In this document: positions 8,393 through 17,168 of the stretch, in pieces
Layout: each line of letters begins with the position of its first letter
Numbering within the stretch: the stretch's first letter is position 1
Notes under the pieces: generated by a model
What the model saw: only the letters and a program-made list of their open reading frames with translations
What the model was told of the DNA's origin: nothing
Database searches by the model: none
Virus record (IMG/VR): IMGVR_UViG_3300045988_079341
DNA from: a virus
Direction: 5' to 3' (one strand)
Length of the DNA stretch: 61,334 nt
Position numbers and translations under genes: made by a program

Positions 8393-9057
8393 CAGAGAAC
8401 GAGGCAAAGAAGTTGCTTGCGGTTATGACGGTTACTTACCCGAACTACAAATTGGCGAATGTAGACTTTGCTGCGAAAGTGTGGAGTGACATGCTCGGTG
8501 AGTTTACATACGGTCAAGCCGGTTCAGCGTTGAAAGCTTATATCAGGTCAGATGTAAGCGGGTTTGCTCCAACGCCGGGACAGATAATTAACCAGATAGC
8601 AAAGATGACGATCCCGGAAGAATTGAACGAAATGGAAGCATGGGCACTTGTGAGCAAGGCTATCAGGAATAGCGGCTACAACTCGGTGGATGAGTTTTCA
8701 AGACTGCCATCCCTTGTTCAATCTGCTGTCGGAACACCAGAACAGCTCAGAGTGTGGGCACTGGATCAAAACTACAACGAGACGGTAGTAAGCTCAAACT
8801 TTATAAAGGCTTACAGAATGTTGCTTTCCAGGCAATCAGATCTGTCTAAATTGCCGGAAGAAATCAAGAGGGCAATCCAAAAAGCAAACGAAAGCTCGTA
8901 TTCGTCCCAAATTCGCAAAAAAAATGCTGAGACGATAAAATTATCGAGCAAAGCAGAAAAATCGAAAATAGGGGCATCAGAAGAGCTTACAGGGCATACA
9001 GGAATGAACGCGGAGCAAAGAGAAAAATGGAAAAGATTTTGTGAAGGAGCGGATTGA
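8389..9057 (+). CDS. Putative helicase loader (SPP1 G39P-like)
   Basis: N-terminal LLAVMTVTYPNYKL...VWSDMLGEFTYGQAGSALKAYI...FAPTPGQII resembles G39P-type loaders (from memory). It sits directly after the organizer. Confidence 0.5.
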   Translation: MTENEAKKLLAVMTVTYPNYKLANVDFAAKVWSDMLGEFTYGQAGSALKAYIRSDVSGFAPTPGQIINQIAKMTIPEELNEMEAWALVSKAIRNSGYNSVDEFSRLPSLVQSAVGTPEQLRVWALDQNYNETVVSSNFIKAYRMLLSRQSDLSKLPEEIKRAIQKANESSYSSQIRKKNAETIKLSSKAEKSKIGASEELTGHTGMNAEQREKWKRFCEGAD

Positions 9058-9060
9058 ACA

Positions 9061-9348
9061 ATGGGATATCGTGGTAGAAAGGCAAAAAAATACGATGTTT
9101 ACGACGGAGAGAAGCTGATAATGAGCGGAGAGGCAAAGGACGTAGCAATTTTTTTGGGCGTCACATCCAACACCGTAACGCGAAAGGAGACTTGTGGAGA
9201 GCGAACAAAACAGGGATATGAGATTTGCAAGAGCTTTCCAGATGACTGGCCAGAGTGTTGGGAAGAGGCATGCAAGCCCTTGCGCAGGACGAAACAGGAG
9301 TGGAAATGCAGCATGAAAAGCAATTTCTTAAGGACGAGCCGCCGGTAA
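9061..9348 (+). CDS. Hypothetical protein with possible HTH
   Basis: DVAIFLGVTSNTVTRKE helix-turn-helix-like segment. Confidence 0.4.
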   Translation: MGYRGRKAKKYDVYDGEKLIMSGEAKDVAIFLGVTSNTVTRKETCGERTKQGYEICKSFPDDWPECWEEACKPLRRTKQEWKCSMKSNFLRTSRR

Positions 9349-9433
9349 AATTAAACTTTTATTCGCACAAATCGATGTTAAAAGCAAGAAAATTGACACA
9401 TACGATTCTGCTAAAAAGGAGGAAATCAAACGG

Positions 9434-9640
9434 TTGAAGCTGGCACTGTCTAGAATGACGAAGCCAGAACTTGAAAAAATTTTACAAAATGCCAATTTTA
9501 CACAAGATGAAGAAAGCGTTTTCTGGCTGCTGGCTAGAGGAAAGACAATAACAGAGATATCGCAACTGGAAAATGTGTCGGAAAGAACTGTGAACAGAAA
9601 AATAAAGGACATAAGGCTTAAAGTTAGCAGATTGGAGTAA
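9434..9640 (+). CDS. Small sigma-70 region-4 / LuxR-type HTH regulator (candidate late-gene activator)
   Basis: FWLLARGKTITEISQLENVSERTVNRKIKDIRLK. TTG start lies 11 nt after aggagg. Confidence 0.6.
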   Translation: MKLALSRMTKPELEKILQNANFTQDEESVFWLLARGKTITEISQLENVSERTVNRKIKDIRLKVSRLE

Positions 9641-9759
9641 AAATGGCAAAAATGACGTTAAACGGGAAAGAAATTTCCCCAGAAGATGTGATCCTGCCAG
9701 AAAAAGTATTGGAGCTTATAGCGAATTGCTTAGATTGACACCGTTTGTAGCAGGATGTA

Positions 9760-9799
9760 GAATGTGCCGTGAACATGATAAACACGGCACATTCTTTTT
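9760..9799 (+). terminator. Rho-independent terminator
   Basis: Perfect 12-bp stem gaatgtgccgtg/cacggcacattc followed by ttttt. Confidence 0.8.
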
Positions 9800-9819
9800 A
9801 GAGAAAAGGAGGAACGGCA

Positions 9820-11184
9820 ATGGAATGTGTCGCTTACTTAAGGGTTTCAACCGAAAAACAGGCGGAAGAAGGTTATGGATTGGATTTGCAAAGGATAAGC
9901 ATAACCGATTACTGCCGGAAAAATGAGCTTATAATATCTGACTGGTACATTGACGATGGTTACACCGGATCAAACATGGACAGACCGCAACTACAAAGAC
10001 TAATCCGTGATTGCTCCAAGAAAAGGATTAAATGCCTCGTTGCTTTTAAACTGGATAGGATATCCAGAAGCATGGTGGATGGGATATACATGATCGAAAG
10101 AGTATTCCAGCCAAACGGAGTCGATTTTCGCTGTGTGCATGATAGCGTGAGCTACGACAGTCCGATGGAGCAGGCATACACGCAGATGATGGCGGTTTTT
10201 GCGCAGCTGGACAAAAATACAATGATGATGCGTATGCGTGGTGGTAGGCTTGAAAGGGTCAAAAAAGGATACTGGTACGGAGGAGGAAATAGGCCTTATT
10301 GCTATGATTACAGCAAAGAAAAAGGAATATTGATCCCAATACCGGAAAGAGCAGAGCAAGCAAATAGAGCACTGGACTTGTTTTTGCAGGGATACTCTGA
10401 CGAAAGAATCATGAAGATATGCGGATATTCGAGCGAACTTCTTGTAAGGCACATACTTACAGGAACCGTAAATATCGGGATGATACCTTACAAGGGAGAA
10501 ATATATAAAGGGCTCCATGAACCTATATTCGATAAGCGAAAGTTTGAACTCGCACAGGAATACAGAAAATCCAGAAGAAAAGCAAAAACGGCGTGCTTCT
10601 CCATAGAAACGAATTTGCTTACAGGATTGTGTTATTGCGGTGTATGCGGTTGCAAAATGAGATATCAGAAATGGACAAACGGGAATCACAAAATATACTG
10701 CTATTCGCGCGATAAAGGTCTTGATAAGCTACCCAATTACAACCCAGAGTGTGACAATACTTTAGAATGGGCAAAAGACATCGAAAAACAGGTAGAGGAA
10801 GAAATTTTGAAGATATCGCTTAACATTTCTTCCTACCAAAAAACACAAAAGGAAAGCGAACTGGAAATTACAAAAAAAGCCCTGGAAAAGAATAAGGCCA
10901 AACTGAAAAGACTGTATAATTTTTACGCGGAAGGCAATGACACAATTGTTGATTCTATCCGAGAAACAGAAAATGAGATAAATAAGCAAAAAGAGGTCAT
11001 TTTCGAACTACAGAAAAGCGAAGCGAATAAGAAGTCAAAAGAAATTGTTTATGACAAAATAAAAAGTCTTGCCGATGTGTGGCCACACATAGACAAGACA
11101 AGCAAAAATGTTATATTAAAGACAATAATATCGAAAATTGTTATTGTCAAGGGTAACGTGGAGATACAGTTAAAAGAATTTTAG
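9820..11184 (+). CDS. Large serine recombinase (integrase)
   Basis: N-terminal AYLRVSTEKQ catalytic-serine motif, recombinase domain, zinc ribbon CYCGVCGCKM...KIYCYS, and C-terminal coiled coil. Confidence 0.9.
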   Translation: MECVAYLRVSTEKQAEEGYGLDLQRISITDYCRKNELIISDWYIDDGYTGSNMDRPQLQRLIRDCSKKRIKCLVAFKLDRISRSMVDGIYMIERVFQPNGVDFRCVHDSVSYDSPMEQAYTQMMAVFAQLDKNTMMMRMRGGRLERVKKGYWYGGGNRPYCYDYSKEKGILIPIPERAEQANRALDLFLQGYSDERIMKICGYSSELLVRHILTGTVNIGMIPYKGEIYKGLHEPIFDKRKFELAQEYRKSRRKAKTACFSIETNLLTGLCYCGVCGCKMRYQKWTNGNHKIYCYSRDKGLDKLPNYNPECDNTLEWAKDIEKQVEEEILKISLNISSYQKTQKESELEITKKALEKNKAKLKRLYNFYAEGNDTIVDSIRETENEINKQKEVIFELQKSEANKKSKEIVYDKIKSLADVWPHIDKTSKNVILKTIISKIVIVKGNVEIQLKEF

Positions 11185-11289
11185 CAGTAGCTAATAATCA
11201 TTGGACTTGCATATAGCGAATGCTAATGCCGTGTTTATCGTGTTTTTTTAAAATGGGAAATTGGAATTTGTCGCTAAATTGACGTTTTG

Positions 11290-11313
11290 AAGTCGCTTTT
11301 AGCGGCTTTTTTT
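11290..11313 (+). terminator. Rho-independent terminator after the recombinase gene
   Basis: Stem aagtcgct/agcggctt (one G-T pair) followed by a T-run. Confidence 0.7.
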
Positions 11314-11346
11314 ATGCCAGAATAAAATCAGAAGGAGGGATAACAT

Positions 11347-11505
11347 ATGTTTTCTGACGAAATTTTGGAAAAAATATTTATCAGGCAAGATGTTAGAAAA
11401 GTGCCCCTTACCTATCAGTCAATAATGGTGCATGCAGTAGAGGAAGTTTTGGAAAAGGAGGAGCTTGATGCAGATAAATCCTTACCAGCCGATGAGCGGA
11501 TATAA
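11347..11505 (+). CDS. Possible small ORF (52 aa)
   Basis: SD gaaggaggg lies 6 nt before the ATG. It overlaps the next gene and is below the ORF-track cutoff. Confidence 0.3.
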   Translation: MFSDEILEKIFIRQDVRKVPLTYQSIMVHAVEEVLEKEELDADKSLPADERI

Positions 11506-11956
11506 CACACCGATGTCGTATCAGCAATATGGCAATTACAATCCATATATCCAACAGCAAAGAGGGTATCAACAGCAGGAAATTCCTGTTCAACAGTACC
11601 AGCCAGTTCAACAGCAAATCGGCATAAACGGAAAGGTTATACAAACCGTAGAAAACATAACCGCAAACGACGTGCCAATGGATGGTTCTGTTGCTTTTTT
11701 CCCAAAAAACGATCTGTCAGAAATATACACTAAAAAGTGGAATTCTGACGGAACAATTTGCACAGTTTTATTTAAGCCTATTTTAAATAATAAGTCAACA
11801 GAAACTGTCGAAAATTCTGAAATAAATTCGACAGAAAAATTGACTAAAACAGTAATGGAAAGGTTTGACGAGCTGGAAAAAAGAATCGATGATTTTATGA
11901 ATAAATCAACACAGAAGCAGCAAGCAAATCGCTCCAAAAAGGAGGAGACAGAATGA
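11468..11956 (+). CDS. Q/Y/N-rich hypothetical protein
   Basis: SD aggagg lies before ATG 11468. Low-complexity N-terminus (QQYGNYNPYIQQQRGYQQQ), then a globular segment and an acidic coiled-coil tail. Confidence 0.6.
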   Translation: MQINPYQPMSGYNTPMSYQQYGNYNPYIQQQRGYQQQEIPVQQYQPVQQQIGINGKVIQTVENITANDVPMDGSVAFFPKNDLSEIYTKKWNSDGTICTVLFKPILNNKSTETVENSEINSTEKLTKTVMERFDELEKRIDDFMNKSTQKQQANRSKKEETE

Positions 11957-12180
11957 ACCTGATGCAGATGACACAGGCGATGAAAAACCCTCAACAGTTT
12001 TTGCAAAACATGATGGGAAACAACCAAATTATGAAAAATCCTATGGCGAAAAATACGCTTGAAATGGCTCAAAAAGGAGACTTCCGTGGTATAGAAAATA
12101 TCGCTAAAAATTTATGTAAAGAAAAAGGAATAAACCCGGATGAAATGATGAATCAGATCAAAAAACAGATGGGAATGTAA
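11953..12180 (+). CDS. Met/Asn/Gln-rich small hypothetical protein (75 aa)
   Basis: Start overlaps the upstream stop (ATGA). Same operon. Confidence 0.55.
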   Translation: MNLMQMTQAMKNPQQFLQNMMGNNQIMKNPMAKNTLEMAQKGDFRGIENIAKNLCKEKGINPDEMMNQIKKQMGM

Positions 12181-12238
12181 AAGCATATTAGAGGATACGC
12201 GCGGCCTCTTTATGAATAAAATATCAGGAGGAAACAGT

Positions 12239-13012
12239 ATGTTTAACTCAAATAACACGCCATTTACCATGCCGGTAATGCCGGCCACAGGAAACTATGC
12301 AGATGGCACAGGCGCATGGGGCGGCGAATGGCTCTGGATTATTGTAGTTTTTGCCTTACTTTTTGGCTGGGGCAATAATGGCTGGGGCGGCTTTGGTGGC
12401 AATGGAGGCGGCTATGCTGCAACAGCAGCTACACAGGCAGATATCCAGCGCGGTTTTGATAACCAGGCGGTAATATCCAAACTCGACGGTATCACAAATG
12501 GTCTCTGTGATGGATTTTACGCCGCAAATAACGCAATGCTTACAGGATTTAATGGGATCAATACAAACATTTTGCAGACAGGATACGGGATCCAGCAGGC
12601 CATAAACGCTGATACAGTGGCGAACATGCAGAACACGAATACATTGCAGGCACAGCTTGCAAACTGTTGCTGCGAAACTCGCGAAGCTATCCAGGGCGTA
12701 AATTACAACATGGCGCAGAATACATGCGCACTGCAGAACACTATGAACAGCAATACAAGAGACATTATTGACAGCCAGAACGCGGGGACTAGGGCTATTC
12801 TTGATTATTTGTGCCAGGAAAAGATTTCTTCCCTGCAGGCGGAAAACAATGAACTTCGTCGGGCTGCTTCTCAGGATCGTCAGAGCGCTCTGCTCACAAC
12901 CCAGATGGTTGCTCAGACACAGCAGATTATTAACGCTGTGAACCCGGCCCCTATTCCGGCATATCAGGTTCCTAATCCAAATTTATATTACGGATGCAAT
13001 GCCGGCTGCTGA
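12239..13012 (+). CDS. Membrane-anchored Gly/Asn/Gln-rich protein with Cys motifs
   Basis: SD aggagg lies before ATG 12239. TM segment WLWIIVVFALLFGW, GWGGFGGNGGG run, CCC and C-terminal CNAGC, coiled-coil SSLQAENNELR. Confidence 0.65.
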   Translation: MFNSNNTPFTMPVMPATGNYADGTGAWGGEWLWIIVVFALLFGWGNNGWGGFGGNGGGYAATAATQADIQRGFDNQAVISKLDGITNGLCDGFYAANNAMLTGFNGINTNILQTGYGIQQAINADTVANMQNTNTLQAQLANCCCETREAIQGVNYNMAQNTCALQNTMNSNTRDIIDSQNAGTRAILDYLCQEKISSLQAENNELRRAASQDRQSALLTTQMVAQTQQIINAVNPAPIPAYQVPNPNLYYGCNAGC

Positions 13013-13132
13013 TGTTGAAAACTGAATATTGCGTAACTTAACCAAATGGGTTATGTCTGCTAAAAACAGTATTACAACAAAAAGGGCAGGCTTAACGGTC
13101 TGCCCTTACTTTTATTTATGGAGGTATAATTT

Positions 13133-13555
13133 ATGGCTGAATTTGTAGCTGTGGCTACGCAAGAAGTAGCGCAGAACGGGAATGTTATTTTTACGAACAC
13201 GGCAGTTAAGCCCGGCAACTGCATCAAACACCGGGAAGGTTCCGGGATTATTACGCTTCGCGGACTGACAAATCAGTGTCGTGCACGATACTTTGTAAAC
13301 TTCTCTGCAAATATTGCAGTGCCGGCAGGTGGAACAGCGGGAGAAGTCTCTCTTGCTATTGCTATTAGCGGAGAACCGGTTCTTTCTTCCCGGATGCGAT
13401 CTACTCCAGCAGCAGTGTCGCAGTATAATAACGTATCTGCGGGAGTATATGTAGATGTGCCGGCAGGATGCTGTGTGAATATCACGGTCAAAAATACCAG
13501 TACGCAGGCAATTGATGTAGCGAATGCAAACATTGTAGTTACAAGGGAGGCATGA
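13133..13555 (+). CDS. BclA C-terminal-domain-like (TNF/C1q-like jelly-roll) protein
   Basis: The 140-aa beta-rich pattern ...RYFVNFSANIAV...VSLAIAISGEPV...VNITVKNTSTQAIDVANANIVVTR resembles exosporium BclA C-domains (from memory, not searched). Confidence 0.5.
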   Translation: MAEFVAVATQEVAQNGNVIFTNTAVKPGNCIKHREGSGIITLRGLTNQCRARYFVNFSANIAVPAGGTAGEVSLAIAISGEPVLSSRMRSTPAAVSQYNNVSAGVYVDVPAGCCVNITVKNTSTQAIDVANANIVVTREA

Positions 13556-13558
13556 TCT

Positions 13559-14221
13559 ATGGACGTAAGTAGAATGCACTGCATGATCGAAAAGCTTTCC
13601 GAATGTGCGAAAGCAGAATTTGACAAAGGAATTGAAAACATTGACACATGCGAAATGGGGCAGGTTACAGACATGCTTAAAGATCTCGCAGAAGCAATGT
13701 ACTACAGGACCCTGACAAATGGCATGGAAGAGTTTGAACCGAGTGACTTGCTGGATGCGGTAGAAAGGTACGGAGATCGGAGATTTTACGATGACTACAG
13801 ATACAAAAACGGTAGATTTGCGCCGAAAGGTCGCGGGACAAGAAGAGGATACGAAGAGCCGCCATATTACCACCAGATGCCATCTGATTACAGGGAATGG
13901 GAAAACCTCCCAGAAAAAGAAAGGATGCGGGATCTTGACCTGATGAGGGGGCGGATGTACTTTTCGGAGCCGATTTCTGACGCAAAAGGAGAGATGAGAG
14001 ACCGTAACGAAGGAAGATCAGGGTTATATCGGAAAGCATACATGGAAAGCAAGGAGTTGCACAAGGGAAATACCCAGCAGGATAAGGAGGCAAAAATCAA
14101 AGAACTTGAGAAATATATGAAAGAGCTGTCCGAGGATATGGCAGAGCTCGTTGTGGATATGTCCCCGGAAGAGCGTACAATGGCAAAAACAAAGCTTACA
14201 ACGCTTGTGTCTAAGATGTGA
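13559..14221 (+). CDS. Tyr/Arg-rich hypothetical protein (220 aa)
   Basis: ORF with a conserved-looking MGQVTDMLKDLAEAMYY and C-terminal ...MSPEERTMAKTKLTTLVSKM. Last gene before a strong terminator. Confidence 0.55.
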   Translation: MDVSRMHCMIEKLSECAKAEFDKGIENIDTCEMGQVTDMLKDLAEAMYYRTLTNGMEEFEPSDLLDAVERYGDRRFYDDYRYKNGRFAPKGRGTRRGYEEPPYYHQMPSDYREWENLPEKERMRDLDLMRGRMYFSEPISDAKGEMRDRNEGRSGLYRKAYMESKELHKGNTQQDKEAKIKELEKYMKELSEDMAELVVDMSPEERTMAKTKLTTLVSKM

Positions 14222-14223
14222 TG

Positions 14224-14249
14224 AAAAGGGGCTGCTTAGCCCCTTTTCT
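14224..14249 (+). terminator. Rho-independent terminator
   Basis: Stem aaaaggggct/agcccctttt with loop gctt and a T-rich tail. Confidence 0.8.
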
Positions 14250-14637
14250 GCTCAGAATTAGAATAAAAAGCAAACAGCCCAGCTTTGGGTGTGAGCTGGA
14301 CTGTAAACAATAGGGGGATGCTGTTTGAAACAAATTAAGTATAACACGGGCAAAAAATAATGCAAATGAAAATAAAAGAGCACTGGAAATCCGGGGAGAA
14401 ATCAGCGCTCTTACGCTATCTGAAATGACAGCATAATTATATTATCATAATATAGAGAAAAAGTAAATAATAAATAAAATATAATTTAACATATTTTTAT
14501 ACAAAACAAATATGCATGCATGAATGAAATACAGGATCGCTAGCTATGACCCAGTTTTAAGGTATAACAAGAATTGAAGTAGCAGAAGAACAAATGATAA
14601 GGAGAGCAAAAAAGTTCTACTTTTTTTAAAATAGGGG

Positions 14638-14679
14638 TTGACTTTTGCCACTGCATATATTAAATTTATGCCATGGCAT
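14638..14679 (+). promoter_or_regulatory. Sigma-70-type promoter plus palindromic operator for RHH gene A
   Basis: TTGACT (14638), 17-nt spacer, TAAATT (14661). Perfect palindrome atgccatggcat at 14668..14679. Confidence 0.55.
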
Positions 14680-14695
14680 AAGTGAGGTGATGAAC

Positions 14696-14878
14696 GTGGC
14701 GCCAAGGACGGGAAGACCGCCTAAAAATGAAAAGTCCAAAAACGTAAGTTTGCAGTTGAGGATTACAGAAAAGACAGCAGAAGAGCTGAAAGAATGCTCA
14801 GAAATACTGGGTATTTCGCGAACAGAAGTGATCGAAAAAAGCGTAGAGGAATTTCATCGAAAGGTAGAGAAAAAATAA
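14696..14878 (+). CDS. Ribbon-helix-helix (CopG/Arc-like) regulator A
   Basis: VAPRTGRPPKNEKSKNVSLQLRITEKTAEELKECSEILGISRTEVIEKSV. GTG start lies 6 nt after gaggtg. Paralog of 15070..15246. Confidence 0.7.
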   Translation: MAPRTGRPPKNEKSKNVSLQLRITEKTAEELKECSEILGISRTEVIEKSVEEFHRKVEKK

Positions 14879-15009
14879 AACAGTCCGCGCCCTACGAAAG
14901 CAAAGACTGTTTTATCCCACCGCTCCAGTTAGAGCTGGTAAATCTAATTATACCAGTTTTCCGGGTGCATGGCAATATAAAAACCGGAAGTAAAAAAATA
15001 AATAAGGGG

Positions 15010-15053
15010 TTGACTTATTGTGGCTCAAGTAATATTATTTAATTGTGCCACAA
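15010..15053 (+). promoter_or_regulatory. Sigma-70-type promoter plus inverted repeat for RHH gene B
   Basis: TTGACT (15010), 17-nt spacer, TATTAT (15033). Inverted repeat ttgtggc (15018) / gccacaa (15047) flanks the -10. Confidence 0.55.
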
Positions 15054-15069
15054 AAAGTGAGGTGAAAAA

Positions 15070-15246
15070 ATGAGTCCACGCACGGGAAGACCTAAGTCTG
15101 AATCTCCTAAAACAGTAGAGGTAAAAGCCAGAATCGATGAAAAGACGAATGAAAAGCTTAACTATTACTGTGAAAGACACAATGTCACCAGAACTGATGT
15201 TGTAAGAAAAGGAATTGATGAGGTATTAGGTAAAGAAAAAGAGTAG
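15070..15246 (+). CDS. Ribbon-helix-helix (CopG/Arc-like) regulator B (58 aa)
   Basis: MSPRTGRPKSESPKTVEVKARIDEKTNEKLNYYCERHNVTRTDVVRKGI. SD gaggtg. Below the ORF-track cutoff. Confidence 0.7.
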   Translation: MSPRTGRPKSESPKTVEVKARIDEKTNEKLNYYCERHNVTRTDVVRKGIDEVLGKEKE

Positions 15247-15555
15247 CCACTACAAGTTTTGACGGACTTGTGACTACTCAATCAAGAGATACATCTCTCG
15301 TGAAATATTTTATCATGTGGGGATGTATCTTTCAAGAGAATTTGAAGGTGGAAAAATATTTTATACCATTTTCAAAATCTTGCCAGCGCCGAAACCGGAA
15401 GTCAACCAAAAAAGAAATCAAAAACAATAATAAAAACCGCAAACTTAGTAGCGATAAGCAAGCGACAAAATGCTCGTAATAGCGATAACCGAGCAAAAAC
15501 GACTTCCGGTTTTTGGTTGCCAAACAACGTACATTAAGAAAAGGAGAATCTTATT

Positions 15556-15711
15556 ATGATGAACACAAGAATGGTTTGCATCCCGAAATGGCAGTATGAG
15601 AAAATGGTCGAGTCATACGACAAGGTAATGAAGGAAAATTGGAAACTGAAAGCGCAGATCAACCAGATGGAAAATGGCGCAGAGCGCGGATGTGACCAGG
15701 AGACGCACTAA
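15556..15711 (+). CDS. Possible small ORF (51 aa)
   Basis: SD aaggag lies 9 nt before the ATG. Coiled-coil-like. Confidence 0.35.
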   Translation: MMNTRMVCIPKWQYEKMVESYDKVMKENWKLKAQINQMENGAERGCDQETH

Positions 15712-15713
15712 AG

Positions 15714-15875
15714 ATGATTAAGTCAGGATATAGGCATATGATTATGACCATGCTGAACAGTATGGAGAATGAGACATATGTTTATGATATTTACGAATAT
15801 GCGTTTGCTAAATTTTGTACGGAAATGGCTGAAAGAGAAGTTCGGAAAGCAGAAGAAAAGTTAAAGAGCATTTGA
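15714..15875 (+). CDS. Possible small ORF (53 aa)
   Basis: ATG lies 2 nt after the preceding stop, suggesting translational coupling. Confidence 0.35.
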   Translation: MIKSGYRHMIMTMLNSMENETYVYDIYEYAFAKFCTEMAEREVRKAEEKLKSI

Positions 15876-15966
15876 AAATATTTGCGGGAGTCATGCCTGG
15901 CATAAACTCCGGGCACGCAAATAAGTGCCGCCTATATATCAAAAAACTTTAGGAGGTTGAAAGATT

Positions 15967-16710
15967 ATGGATGCTTACGAAAGCAAACAACTTACTAAAG
16001 ATAAAACTGCTTATGCAGATGGTATACAGAAGATTTGTGGCGTAGAATGCTACGAAAAAGACGGGACGGCATATTTGAAGCTTGAAACCGTGGCAAGAGG
16101 GCTTGGCTTTACGGAAAATAAAGACGGAGTGGAGTATGTTAGGTGGGCGAGAATTGACAAATACCTGACTGAACTTAATTTCGCCACAAGTGGCGAAAGA
16201 CCTATTTTCGTTCCAGAAAACATATTTTACCGACTTGCAATGAAAGCAAAGAACGAGACAGCAGAGCAGTTCCAGACATTGGTTGCTGACGAGATTATAC
16301 CGGCAATCCGAAAACACGGAATTTACGCAACGGATAATGTGATAGACCAGATTTTGAACAATCCAGACTTCGGAATCAGTCTTCTCACAAAGTTAAAAGA
16401 AGAGCGCAGAGCGAGAATTGAAGCAGAACGCAGAAATGCTATTTTGACGCATGTGAACAAGACGTACACGATGACTGAGATTGCAAAAGAATTAAACATG
16501 AGATCAGCGATTCAGCTGAACCAATTGCTGGCAGATCGAAAAATCCAGTACAAGGTAAATGGGACGTGGGTATTCTATTCAGATTACAGTGGTCTTGGAT
16601 ACGAAGAAATAAAACAGGAAATCCTAGATAACGGGAGATCTGTTTACCACAGGAAAATTACGCAGCTTGGCAGGGAATTTATTCTGAACCTGTTTGGCGA
16701 AGTGGCATAA
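15967..16710 (+). CDS. Phage antirepressor (Bro-N-like N-terminus, KilAC/ANT-like C-terminus)
   Basis: ...FVPENIFYRLAMKAKNETAEQFQTLVADEIIPAIRKHGIY... and C-terminal TMTEIAKELNMRSAIQLNQLLADRKIQYK. Confidence 0.7.
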   Translation: MDAYESKQLTKDKTAYADGIQKICGVECYEKDGTAYLKLETVARGLGFTENKDGVEYVRWARIDKYLTELNFATSGERPIFVPENIFYRLAMKAKNETAEQFQTLVADEIIPAIRKHGIYATDNVIDQILNNPDFGISLLTKLKEERRARIEAERRNAILTHVNKTYTMTEIAKELNMRSAIQLNQLLADRKIQYKVNGTWVFYSDYSGLGYEEIKQEILDNGRSVYHRKITQLGREFILNLFGEVA

Positions 16711-16767
16711 GAGAAAAAAATAGGCGGCAGCTGGAACTAACGTTTTGGCGAAACGCCAGAACGAAAG

Positions 16768-16810
16768 AGGAACCGTTAAGCTTTATGCAACTGACGGTTC
16801 CTTGTCTTTT
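16768..16810 (+). terminator. Rho-independent terminator
   Basis: Stem gaggaaccgt/acggttcctt with a 15-nt loop and a T-rich tail. Confidence 0.6.
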
Positions 16811-16824
16811 GGGGAGGAATATGT

Positions 16825-17151
16825 ATGAATTTTGAAATCAACGGAATTAACTGGACTGTAGTGTATGTCGATGCGGGGAATAGACTTCTGACGCGCTCAG
16901 ACGGCTCTAGGAGCGTCGCTGTAACGGATGCCAATACAAAATGCGTATATGTATCGAATTTGCTTTATGGGGCATTTTTACGCAAAGTGCTATTGCACGA
17001 AGTATGCCATGCAACTATGTTTTCTTATGGTATTCATATACCGATTGAACAGGAAGAATTTCTTTGCGATTTTGTGGCAACGTATGGGGATAGCATATTT
17101 GATATTGTTGACGGAATGTTGATAGGCGCAAGGAAATCAAAGAGCGCATAA
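16825..17151 (+). CDS. Small Zn-metallopeptidase-like protein (HExxH; ImmA/IrrE-like)
   Basis: LRKVLLHEVCHATMFSYG contains HExxH, followed downstream by EQEEFLCD. Confidence 0.6.
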   Translation: MNFEINGINWTVVYVDAGNRLLTRSDGSRSVAVTDANTKCVYVSNLLYGAFLRKVLLHEVCHATMFSYGIHIPIEQEEFLCDFVATYGDSIFDIVDGMLIGARKSKSA

Positions 17152-17168
17152 AAAGAAAGAACAGGGAT

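Noticed and set aside
11185-11290. I looked for an attP-like dyad next to the serine recombinase gene, and in the AT-rich palindromes at 14438..14454.
   Set aside because: Serine-integrase attP sites have weak symmetry and only a 2-bp core. Nothing here can be assigned from sequence alone without host attB data.
15270-15523. ORFs 15270..15479 (+) and 15332..15523 (-) in the region after RHH gene B.
   Set aside because: They are Lys/Asn-rich translations of AT-rich repeat-containing DNA without an SD. The region is better explained by the inverted aaaccggaagtc/gacttccggttt repeats.
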